Source of the DNA: Gordius albopunctatus
Lineage: Eukaryota
Assembly: GCA_964276515.1 (NCBI GenBank)
Contig: OZ193909.1
Coordinates: 12,462,001 to 12,526,000, forward strand
Length of the DNA: 64,000 nucleotides
Direction: 5' to 3'
A program made the translations under genes and the position numbers. Below the pieces are notes generated by a model. The model was not told the origin of the DNA, did not search any database, and saw nothing but the letters and a program-made list of their open reading frames with translations. Positions 50,686 through 61,916 of the stretch are shown piece by piece (within the stretch, counting starts at the first letter, position 1; each line of letters opens with the position of its first letter).

Positions 50686-52415
50686 TGTATGGCGCCTTGC
50701 AAATTGCTATAATTTGAATACACAAATTTACGTAAGTTATTATTCACCCACGTAATTACATAATGTAAATACATTATATCAATTTGAATATACGAAACTA
50801 TTTATACATTAGACATATTAATCTCACCTTAAATAGTGTATATATACGCGTTTATGAATATAGAATTAATTCTCTTGTAATTTTTGACTTTCAGTATTAA
50901 TAAATGTAGTTGGGCTTATATTTTACCCTTGTTTTTACCCCTAGTTGGGGCTAGTGCCGCTACATTTCTGGTGACCCCGCAAACGATAACGCAACCCATA
51001 TGGAACCTAAGATCGAAGAAGATCTGACGGAGAATACCCTTTACTTTAAACTCCCGGTTTTTAACCTAACAAACCCTAGAATTTGGTTCTTGCAAATTGA
51101 ATCACTTTTTAAAATTCGTAAAATCAGAAATTAATTTACAAAACTAGGTTATCTAATCGAAGCACTTCCCTATGAGGTAACAACAGAAATTCAAGAGTTA
51201 CTGGAAAATATTCCAACTGACACTCCCTTCTCAAAACTCAAAGATGCCATTATAGAGCGAACTTCACAAACGGACTTCCAACGCCTCCATGATTTACTGA
51301 CCAATGTGGAGCTGGGAGATCGCTCTCCATCACAACTGATGCGCCACATGGGAAATTTATTAGGTAAACATTCTATGGACGACACCATCCTTAAACAATT
51401 ATGGATGGATAAATTACCATCGTCAATGACTGGAATTTTAGCAATATTTGCCGCAGACCAATCATCGACGAAATTAGCTGAAACAGCCGATAAGATTGCT
51501 GCAACTTACCACGTAAGCCCGGTTATCAACTCTAACCCAGGTAAACATTAACCCGACTGTCGGAGGACATAATTTTTCTCCTCCATAACAGTCCATTTAG
51601 TAATGGTATATGGTTTTCTTAGTTAAAATAAAACAATTCAGACATAGGGCTTTATCTTCTCAATTCAGCATCCATATGGTCCTACTGCTGTATAAAATAC
51701 AAACTACCTACTTACCTGATTGTTAATACGAAGAAAACTATGTTACCCTACTACTCCCCTACACAAACAACAACATCGTCTACTGAACGTCCTATTGGTC
51801 CACTGCCCTGCCAATGAACTTATTTGCAAAACACAGCGCAGGACCGCTTGCAACGAGCAAAGACGACGTTCGGCAACGCAAAAGCACTTACTAATACCTA
51901 CCACTATCAAGGTTTTAAACAATACTGACCGATTTAACTGAGGGAAGAATGCGATTCTAAAAAAGATATGTCTGCTCCGACAAATCTAATTATATATTGG
52001 ATAGCACATCAACTTCCAACATCACTCACACCTCGGTCACCACACCAACAAACACTAGTGCAAACAATAAAACCTTGATAAACTAAGCTAACTGAGTACT
52101 TTTTTTATTAGCACTCCATGCAATTAGGGGGGGATTTATATGGCGCCTTGCAAATTGCTATAATTTGAATACACAAATTTACGTAAGTTATTATTCACCC
52201 ACGTAATTACATAATGTAAATACATTATATCAATTTGAATATACGAAACTATTTATACATTAGACATATTAATCTCACCTTAAATAGTGTATATATACGC
52301 GTTTATGAATATAGAATTAATTCTCTTGTAATTTTTGACTTTCAGTATTAATAAATGTAGTTGGCCTTATATTTTACCCTTGTTTTTACCCCTAGTTGGG
52401 GCTAGTGCCGCTACA
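50686..52415 (+). mobile_element. Non-autonomous gag-only Ty3/Gypsy (CsRn1 lineage) LTR element
   Basis: 279-bp LTRs at 50686-50964 and 52137-52415 differ at ~2 positions. PBS TGGTGACCCCG (complement of tRNA-Trp 3' end) at 50969. PPT AGGGGGGGA. Truncated gag 51000-51551 with one in-frame TAA. No pol. TSD ambiguous. Confidence 0.93.
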
Positions 52416-52666
52416 AATGTAAACCTGTCTACTTTTGGCTACTTTAGATGGTCTTCCAGGGATGGGCTGCCTGTAACGTTCATTTCCATGTATACCGTTT
52501 TTCGATCGCTAAACTTTAAACTATATTCAGCTACGCGCTTTGACCAATTGTCGGCTTCTTCGAATACTTATGTCCTTTTTTTCCTCACATAGTACTATAT
52601 CACCGGCATATAGCATACAACATGGCGATGGCTTTTAAATGTCTCTCGTTATCGTGTCTATAATTA

Positions 52667-52996
52667 TATATATATATAAAATTCTCGTGAAACGGTGTGG
52701 GTGGTTAAACTCCTCCGAAACGGCTAGACCGATTTAGATGGAAATTTCTGCGAATGATTGGTAGGTCTGAGCCTAAGTCTTTAACTATATTCGAAATCTC
52801 TAAGTCATAAGACGGTCAAGTTATTTAGTTTGATACGTTTTGACGTTTAATAAAATGTCAATCAAACGCAACCTCATGACCTAATGCGTATCTATCGTGT
52901 TCTTTGAAAATTTGAATATACAGTTCTTTAGTAAAAGTGTATGACTTCACTTATAGTATTTTCTAGACCGCCATGGGTGTAGATAGTGTAGTCTGT
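52667..52996 (+). mobile_element. Helitron-like non-autonomous insert
   Basis: Begins TATATATATAAAATTCTCGTG and contains ACTCCTCCGAAACGGCTAGACCGATTT, resembling recalled insect non-autonomous Helitron 5' ends. No TSD. It replaces ~0.5 kb of the host RTE. Confidence 0.55.
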
Positions 52997-53619
52997 TCGT
53001 TCTTCTACTAATATCTTGTTAAGTGGGTTCGTTATCGTCTCCTTCTTCACGACATCCGAGCAATGCTTCCATAGGTATTCCATCTGGGCCATTAGCTTTT
53101 TCTTTTTGCTTCAGGTTCATTTGTGTTTTAACTTCATCCTCATGAAAGAGTTCGACCATACATGTGTTTGGCTCATTATCGGGAAGGAAATCTTTGTAAT
53201 TTGCAATATTCATAAGTTTCTTAAAATATCCTTTCCACCATTCGATCACATCCTTTGGCTTGAATAAGGTTTGACCCTTCTCGTCGACTTTTCTTCTCCC
53301 TTATCTTGGCCAATTTGTACATAATCCTATCGCCCCCTTTATTATCCAGTTTGTTTGCCATCTCGGTGTAAACGGCTTTCTTTTCAATTGCAACGGCCTT
53401 TTCTGCGGCTCTCTCTGAGTCCTTTTATGATTTATGCCACCGTCTTTATAGATTTTTATTTCTTTTGATGAAATCCCTAATCGATTTATCCCACCAGCAT
53501 AGTAACCTATTCATAGCTTTACCTCCTTTTGTCTGTCCTAGAACACGAAACTGTTACCCATGCCCTAATTTTAGCGTCTCGCAATCGTCGTCTACGTCCT
53601 TTTGCAACTTCTTTCCACC

Positions 53620-54320
53620 TAGAGCCCTGCAAAATGAAATTTCTTCAGCCAAAGCCCCCCCCCCCCCGACTTCTCAATTTTTATTTTGCCCGAGCTCGGC
53701 CCGAGCTCGAAAGACTTTTTTATATTTGGCCTGACCCGAGGCCGACCCGATTTTTCAAATAAAACTTTTGAAAAATTATATTTTTCAAAATTTTCACTAT
53801 CTAAATATAAAATGCATTAAAATATTATTACTCGTAATTTGCAACTAGGATAAGTTTGAAATAAAAAATTCATTTTCATTCGGTATAATCTATTCAGCTA
53901 ATCATTTAAAACTAAAAATTTAACTTTATAAAATATATTTTTAACAGTTCCAAATAAAAACTTTTTAAAATATTCTTATTACTAAAGTTGTAACTACTTA
54001 ATCTATTTAACTACTAGAATAAGATTTACAATTCAGGTCAGTTATATTTCAATAGACAAGGGAAAAAAGCTGAAATTTTGTGAGTTATATAAAGTAGGCT
54101 GTGCGAAAATATTGCGTTTATTTAAATCCTAAGTTATAAAAGATTATAATCGTTTAGTTCGGGCCGGGCTCGGGCCTCTGTTTGGGCCGCCACATCATAC
54201 CCGACCTTAGCCCAAAGCCCAATTATTTTAAAAAATTCTGCCCGAGCCTGGCCCAAAACCCGATCGGGCCGGATCGGGCTCGGGCCGCGTAGTGCTTCCG
54301 GCGGCCCGTGCAGGGCTCTA
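53620..54320. mobile_element. hAT-type MITE (TAGAGCCCTGCA family) nested in RTE
   Basis: Perfect 12-bp TIR TAGAGCCCTGCA. TSD TTTCCACC/TTTGCATC, both derivable from the RTE sequence CTTGCACC. Confidence 0.88.
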
Positions 54321-55667
54321 TTTGCATCCAAAAGTGAGAAGCTTTTAATGGTATTCTTTGTTCGTCGACGTATCCTTTAGCTTTTTGTATCGAATCCGAG
54401 GTTCATACACATTTCCTCTTTCGGGAAATACTCTTCTGTCAAGATCTATAACAAGGGGACGATGTTGCCTGGTGATTTATTCTCCCGATATTACTTTGTA
54501 ATCCTTGATAATACATAAGTCCTTTTGCCGTATGTGCAGATATTTAATTTGACTAAAATGCTTCCCACTTCTATAAATCACAATATGATCTTCGCGTTTT
54601 TAAAAATAGGTGTTAACGATCGCTGTGTCATATACTTGGGATAATTGGAGAAGTTTTCTTCTTTGTTCTTCAGACCAAGCCCATAGCCTACATGATTGCG
54701 TTCATAGCCAAGGCGATCATTTCCTAAGCGAGCGTTAAAATCCGCCCCAATAATTACCCTTTCTTCCTCTCAGATTCCTTGTAGTTCCTTTTACAATGAA
54801 TCGAAGAATATGTTTTTTTAACATTTCATACACCCAATTTGGGCAACATATGTTCATATAATGGTTAGGAGGCCCCCTTTATCTGCGATCTTCACCCACA
54901 TTTGCCTGTCTGAACAATGCTTGACTTCCATGAACTTGTCCTTGAACGATTCGCTAAGAACGACACCGACCTCGTTTCTACGATTTGGTAACCCATTGTA
55001 GAATAGCTTGTATCCTTCTCCTAACTCCTTGGCTTTGTTTCTATTCCACCTCGTCTATTGTAGGCAGGCGATGTATACCTTTCTTCTTTTTAGAATTTGT
55101 GCGACTTATTGCTCTTCCCCGTCAACGATCCCATATTTCAGCACGATATTTGTATTCTTTCAACAACTAATTTACTTAACCGCAAGGACGCCCTAGCTTT
55201 TTCTTGTAAAATACTTTTTAAAACTGCCATGATTTTGGAGTTTGTTTTTATAGCCGGATTCCGACCTGACGCCAACATTTCACTTTTTGCTCACGGACTT
55301 GGGATCGTCGAACTTTGTATTTAAAATATAAATTAAGATGATATGTAGGTAAATTAAAGGCAAAAGGTGATATGTAACATGGCCTACTACATAGACTGCT
55401 CATGTCATATCTTTCATATGGTAAAATGTATACCATCCAATCTACCAATTTGAATGGACAATCTTCCATGTCTTTCCACAGTGTTCCCTATTGTTCAAAC
55501 AGAATAAGGGAATTTACCATCCTCGTTAGTTAATAAATAAAACGAATGATAATAAATGATTATTTAATAAAAAGCAGATCTTATTAAATCTATTATCACG
55601 GGTTTTTCCATACCAGGATCAAAGCCATTTGTTTAGTTTTTGTCCATTTTTAGTTTTTTTAGTGGTG

Positions 55668-55858
55668 AATGTATTTTTTTATATAGTTTTATATATAAAT
55701 TATGATTTGAAACATTGTATAATTAATATAAAATTTAAAATAATATTTTTAAGATTTAACAAGTTTATTTTTTTTATTTAGTTTTAAAAACACTTTAATT
55801 AACAAAAATAAATGGTATACAAAAAAATTACATACACTACTAAAAAAATATATAAACG
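55668..55858 (+). repeat. ~190-bp direct repeat, copy A
   Basis: Near-identical to 59744-59933; immediately precedes the LTR at 55859. Confidence 0.9.
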
Positions 55859-58582
55859 TGTTGCGTCAATTGACTTAATTGTCTCATTTACATTACCTTA
55901 CTACTTCACGACGTTAATTGACCAATCAAGCATACCTGGCGGAGACACCACTAAATTGATTTATTTATACCTCGCGGAGACACCACTAAACTTGATTGTA
56001 TTCAATTAATTCACGAGTATATAAAAGGAGTTTAAAACTCTTTTTACTCACTTACTTTTCTTCCAACGATTTAATTTATATTATACAATAAAGTAATTAT
56101 TACTTTATCCTACATCATCTCAATTCTCGAAAGTGGTGACCCACTCTTGTTATACGCCTCCTTCTACCCTACCCTTACCCAACCCTGGTTATACGCAACC
56201 TTGTAAATGGATACCAACCAAGTTGATGACGTCCAAATTAAATCGGAAAACGCTATGTTTTTCAAATTGCCCCCCTTCAATTGTATAAATCCCCGCTTAT
56301 AGTTTGTCTAGATAGAGGCCCTTTTCACAATTCGACGAATAACATCTGAGTCTAGCAAACCTGGATACGTGATTGAATGCCTCCCACAAGAAGTCACAAT
56401 AGAGATCCAAGATTACTTGGAGAATCTACCGGCTGAGGCCCCGTACACTACCATCGGACTCAGCACGATTCCACGACCTACTGTCCAACGTGGAATTGGG
56501 CGATCGTACACCCTCACAACTCTATAGACACATGAAAAGCCTCCTGGGTACCGCCAAAATGGACGACATCATTTTAAAACAACTGTGGTTGGTAAAACTG
56601 GACAACAACATGGCCAGCATCTTGGCGATCTGTGCAAGTGACCAGACGTTAGTCAAGCTAGCTGAAACAGCTGATAAAATCGCGGAAACGTACCATACGC
56701 CGCAAATATCCAACGTCGTCCCTGCCACACAGAGATCCCGCAACGATATTGAGACGCTCAGAGACATGGTCAATAGACTGAGCGTGAGCATCGAGACATT
56801 ACGGCAAGAGGTCAGTCAAAAAAATCGTTTTCGGTCGAGAAGTATGTCTACATCAAGGCGATTTCGATCCCCATTTCAACCCCACGCAGACGTTCCCCAG
56901 GATTGGTGTTGGTATCACCAAAGATATAAGGAAAAGGCCACGAAATGCCGACAACCTTGCAATTATATCCCGATTTCCTCGTCAAACCCATAGGCCTACC
57001 AGAATCCGCGACACCCGGGTCAGGCCATAACATCAGTCGCTTATTTTTTATTTTTAATAAATTAACGAAATTTCGTTTTTTAACGTAACCACCATCTCAC
57101 CCCCTCACACATCCGCCTCCAAGCTGCAAACAATAGTTCCATACTGACCTATGGCCAGAAATCAATGGAACTGGACCTTAGCTTACGGAGAAGTTTTCAA
57201 TGGGTGTTTACCATCGCCGACGTTAAGACACCGATCATCGGGGCTGATTTTTTAAATCATTATAACCTCCTCGTTGATATACGCCGCAAATGTTTATTAG
57301 ACCCTAAGACTACTTTAAAGTCTTATGGGCGATATATTGATTCGAGCTTGTACAATTTACAACTCGCAATAAAGATCGATTCACCGTATTTTAAAAATGT
57401 TTTAAAAGATTTCCCCGAGATTTATACCCCTCCAAATTACAGGTCACGCGTAAGCCACGAAGTAGTCCACCACATACGTACACTAGGACCCCCCGTTTAT
57501 GCCAGACCTAGACGCTTAGACCCTGTCAAGCTAAAAATTGCCAAACAGGAGTTTAATCATATGCTCGAACTCGGCATAATTCAACCCTCAGAAAGCTCCT
57601 GGAGTTCTCCATTGCACATGGTTCCGAAAAAAACTCCTGGAGATTGGCGACCATGTGGAGATTACCGAGCCCTTAACGTTATAACGACACCGGACCGTTA
57701 CCCCTTGCCACACCTGCACGATTTCTCACTCAACCTAGCCGGCACAACCATCTATACAAAAATAGATCTAGTCAGAGCTTACCATCAAATACCCGTAGCC
57801 TTGGAGGACATCGCAAAGACTCCAATAACCACACCTTTCGGTCTTTATGAATTTTTGCGAATGCCTTTCGGTTTACGAAATGCTGCTCAAACATTCCAAC
57901 GCTTCATTGATCAAGCTCTCCGTGGTCTCAATTTCGCCTTCGCATATTTGGACGATATTTTGATCGCAAGTACATCAACTAGTGAACATTTAGACCACTT
58001 ACGTCAAGTTTTTACTCGATTAAGAGATTTTGATATAAAGATCAACCTGGAAAAGTGTCAATGGGGACGTTCTTCTCTGGATTTTCTGGGACATCAAGTT
58101 TCCCCACAAGGTTTAACGCCAATACCGGAGAAGATCTCAGCCATCAAGAATTTTGCCACCCCGACCACTATGACACAACTACGTCGTTTCGTGGGAATGG
58201 TAAATTTTTACCGACGTTTTATACCTAGCTGCGCACTCCTGATACAGCCATTAACTGATCTGCTCAATGACTCAAAAGGACCCCTCGTTTTAACACAAGA
58301 CGCACAGGATGCATTCGACAAGACTAAGGAAGCGCTGGATGAGATCACGACCCTGAATCACCTTGTAGAGAGCGCCACTCTCTCATTAACAACCGATGCG
58401 TCAAACACCGCCATCGGCGCCGTCCTGCACCAAACATTAAATGGAGAGAGTAGCCCCTTGTCATTTTTTTTGCTTAAATTAAATACGACTCAGACGCGCT
58501 ACAGCACATTTGGTAGAGAATTACTTGCTATTTACCTCTCTATAAAACATTATTGACATGTTTTAGAAGCCCGAGACTTCAC
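55859..58582 (+). mobile_element. 3'-truncated Ty3/Gypsy LTR retrotransposon, CsRn1 lineage
   Basis: Putative 5' LTR TGTTG..CTACA at 55859-56114 with TATAAAA and AATAAA. PBS TGGTGACCC at ~56134. gag 56208-56993 has stops and a frameshift but keeps the CHCC knuckle CWYHQRYKEKATKCRQPC. Protease DTG region deleted. No integrase or 3' LTR. Confidence 0.93.
57165..58556 (+). pseudogene. Gypsy pol fragment: protease C-half, reverse transcriptase, partial RNase H
   Basis: [66 protein letters not shown]; ends at a premature TGA. Confidence 0.93.
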
Positions 58583-59745
58583 GGAACGTCTGCGTGGGGT
58601 TGAAATGGGGATCGAAATCGCCTTGATGTAGACATACTTCTCGACCGAAAACGATTTTTTTGACTGACCTCTTGCCGTAATGTCTCGATGCTCACGCTCA
58701 GTCTATTGACCATGTCTCTGAGCGTCTCAATATCGTTGCGGGATCTCTGTGTGGCAGGGACGACGTTGGATATTTGCGGCGTATGGTACGTTTCCGCGAT
58801 TTTATCAGCTGTTTCAGCTAGCTTGACTAACGTCTGGTCACTTGCACAGATCGCCAAGATGCTGGCCATGTTGTTGTCCAGTTTTACCAACCACAGTTGT
58901 TTTAAAATGATGTCGTCCATTTTGGCGGTACCCAGGAGGCTTTTCATGTGTCTATAGAGTTGTGAGGGTGTACGATCGCCCAATTCCACGTTGGACAGTA
59001 GGTCGTGGAATCGTGCTGAGTCCGATGGTAGTGTACGGGGCCTCAGCCGGTAGATTCTCCAAGTAATCTTGGATCTCTATTGTGACTTCTTGTGGGAGGC
59101 ATTCAATCACGTATCCAAGTTTGCTAGACTCAGATGTTATTCGTCGAATCGTGAAAAGGGCCTCTATCTGGACAAACCATAAGCGGGAATTTATACGATT
59201 GAAGGGGGGCAATTTGAAAAACATAGCGTTTTCCGATTTAATTTTGACGTCATCAACTTGGTTGGTATCCATTTACAAGGTTGCGTATAACCAGGGTTGG
59301 GTAAAGGTAGGGTAGAAGGAGGCGTATAACAAGAGTGGGTCACCACTTTCGAGAATTGAGGTGATGTAGGATGTTGCTGCTTTAGTCCTATATAGTAAAA
59401 TAAATATAGTATTTATTAAACAAAGAAATGTAGGAGAACAAACAACTATTTTATTTCCAAATAATAGAAAGCAAAACAAAATGAATAAATAGTTTTCAAA
59501 AATCGCGTTTATATACACATCTGGCGAGGTTATTTGTGTGAATAATAACGTTGAAATGTCAGACATTCAAATACTTGAATGTATTCATTTTTATGATTAA
59601 GGTGTATGAATACTTGAATAATAAAGGTTAAGTTTTTTTCCTAGGTAACCGATGTGAGTTGCTTTATTCAAATTGCCTAGGTAGCCATAAGGATAAAGTA
59701 ATAATTACTTTATTGTATAATATAAATTAAATCGTTGGAAGAAAA
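58583..59745 (-). repeat. Inverted duplicate of the Gypsy LTR 3' part, PBS and gag (56056-56896)
   Basis: 58583-59371 is the reverse complement of 56108-56896, and 59690-59745 of 56056-56111. The ORF track shows the same 136-aa Gag on both strands. Confidence 0.96.
59372..59689. mobile_element. Probable solo LTR (318 bp) inserted in the inverted arm
   Basis: TGTTG...CCATA ends, 4-bp TSD AGGA, and it cleanly interrupts the arm homology. Confidence 0.75.
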
Positions 59746-59933
59746 TGTATTTTTTTACATAGTTTCATATGTAAATTATGATTTGAAACATTGTATAATT
59801 AATATAAATTTTAAAATAATATTTTTAAGATTTAACAAGTTTTTTTTTTATTTAGTTTTAAAAACACTTTAATTAACAAAAATTAATGGTATACAAAAAA
59901 AATTACATACACTACTAAAAAAATATATAAACG
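59744..59933 (+). repeat. ~190-bp direct repeat, copy B
   Basis: Near-identical to 55668-55858 but followed by non-LTR sequence. Confidence 0.9.
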
Positions 59934-60255
59934 CGCTATAACTAAACGGATGGCATTGATCCGTGTATGGAAATCGTGTTCCGTGTATGTAATTTTTTAT
60001 TTTTTGTATACCATTTAATAAATATAATGATTTTAAAAAAACAAAAATTAATATAATCTATAAAACCTTTCCTTATTTGTGCACATTTAAAAATGACGAA
60101 AAAACGCTATACTTCTTTAACGCTGACCAGTGTTTCTAGTCTATGATGGCATCGTAGTCTTCGCTTATCTTATGCGGTAAAAATTTTGTTGTTTTACTTT
60201 TAGATATATTGCCATCGATCACCCTTCTGGACTTTCAAAAAATTTATGTCTCCTT

Positions 60256-60659
60256 ATGGTAGTTATACTTAAAAATGTTTTTAGTAGATTTTAGGCCGAC
60301 AATAATGAAAGTTCTGATAATGACAAGAAGCATATATTTACAAAAGAACTTAAATGTATGATGTATGGATTTGGAGATGACCAAAATCCTTACACTGAGA
60401 CAGTTGATGCATTAGAAGACATTGTTATAAAATTCATTGCCGAAACTGTATGAATATTATCATTATATCACATGTCTAAATTTAGACCAAAAAAGCATTA
60501 GATATAGGTCGCCCTGGTCGAGTTCAAGTTGAAGATATTGTTTTTATTATACGGAAGGATCCTAGAAAATTTGCTCGCGTAAAAGATCTCTTAACAATAA
60601 ATGAAGAATTGCGTCGGGCTCGTAAAGCATTTGATGAAGCAAAATTTGATTTTAAGTAG
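60256..60659 (+). CDS. TAF13: TFIID subunit 13
   Basis: Exons 60256-60258 (ATG only), 60295-60447 and 60486-60659 give MADNNESSDNDKKHIFTKELKCMMYGFGDDQNPYTETVDALEDIVIKFIAETTKKALDIGRPGRVQVEDIVFIIRKDPRKFARVKDLLTINEELRRARKAFDEAKFDFK*. Missed by the ORF track. Confidence 0.95.
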
Positions 60660-60777
60660 TCTATTTTGTAATGCTTCAAAATTTAAAAATCCATATATAT
60701 ATTTAAATTATTCCAAGTCATCATCTATTGTTGTATATGCTCCAATTTTTTTTAATTTATTGGCCCCACACAATTAT

Positions 60778-61560
60778 ATGAAAACAACTTTTCATTTTGT
60801 TAACAATCAAGTTCAACTATGCTGGTCATGCAGAAAATTACTAATTGATAAAATTATATGTACTCATTGTCACTGTATACAACCAATATCTAAAAATACA
60901 AGTTATTTTGCATTATTTGAAATAAATCCCCCACAATATACCATTGATCTTAAGGAGCTTAATCAAAAATTTCGTAATTTTCAATCATTACTCCATCCTG
61001 ACAAATTTACACTAAAATCTACACAAGAACAGGAATATTCAAATGATGCATCATCGTTTATCAATAAAGCATATAGGTACTTTATTAATATTTATCATTA
61101 ATTTAATATTAGCACATTATTAGATCCCCTTTCCAGGGCTATATACCTGTTAAGCATCTTGGGAAAGCCCATTGAGGAAAATAATAAGTATATAATGGAA
61201 GAAGACTTTTTAAATAAAATGTTAGAAGTAAGAAGAATAATAATTATAATTTTTTTTATAAATTTATTCTACACTTCTACAAATTTTTTATTATCTGTTT
61301 TATTTTATAAATCTTAAATTCAATGCTTAAATTGCCATGTATATATATTTCAGATAAACCAATCGTTAATCGAAGTGGAAAATAGAAAAGATTTGTTACA
61401 AATTGAAAATGAAAACAATAAATTAATTGAACATCTGGTCAAACAATTGACTTTAAATTTTGCCAAAAATGATTCAGAAAATGCTTACAAAAACACTTTA
61501 TGTCTCATATTTTATTATAACATTAAGACAAAAATTAAAGAATTATATTTTATATCATAA
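60778..61560 (+). CDS. HSCB: Mitochondrial Fe-S cluster co-chaperone HscB/Hsc20
   Basis: CWSC...CTHC zinc site, IQP, J-domain LHPDKF, S..INKAY.TLLDPLSRAIYLL. Exons ?-61076, 61113-61227 and 61354-61560. Start uncertain (in-frame ATGs at 60601, 60634, 60778). Confidence 0.9.
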
Positions 61561-61916
61561 TAAATTTGAAGATATATATATGCATTTAATGTATCTTTAA
61601 TGGTCAAGAAATTTCTTTGTTTTCAAAAGTTATAATACAAATTTAGTAAAATGTTCAGGCAAACTTCCAGTTCCAATTACTTAAATTTAAATAAATTGTG
61701 ACAAATGAATAGAGCTTATTTACAATACATAATGTGCATATTGTATTTAGTCATTCTTTTCCATTTTTAATTTCAGTATATAAAGTATAGGGTAATTAAA
61801 TTATGACATTTTTGCTAACACTACTTAAATTAGTATTTTTTACAGTGACCTCTCCAAGGTCTCTCGCCACCAATTTTACAATTTAATATAAATATAGATA
61901 GAATTCATATACCTAT

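Larger units (their letters stand above)
50157..55310 (-). mobile_element. Decayed RTE LINE (same family as 22983) interrupted by three nested insertions
   Basis: Segments 50157-50685, 52416-52666, ~52997-53619 and 54321-55310 are reverse-complement colinear with the 22983 copy from GAA tail to 5' UTR. Confidence 0.9.

Noticed and set aside
50969..50980. tRNA-like sequence TGGTGACCCCG
   Set aside because: Only the primer-binding site of the LTR element; no cloverleaf. No tRNA, rRNA or snRNA gene was recognised anywhere in the window.
52137..52141. Non-canonical TA start of the 3' LTR as a novel terminus
   Set aside because: The 5' LTR starts TG and both end CA, so a single substitution or an ambiguous boundary is the simpler explanation.
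57165..58556. Active reverse transcriptase or novel RT system
   Set aside because: Ordinary Gypsy pol with the protease active-site region deleted, a premature stop and no integrase.
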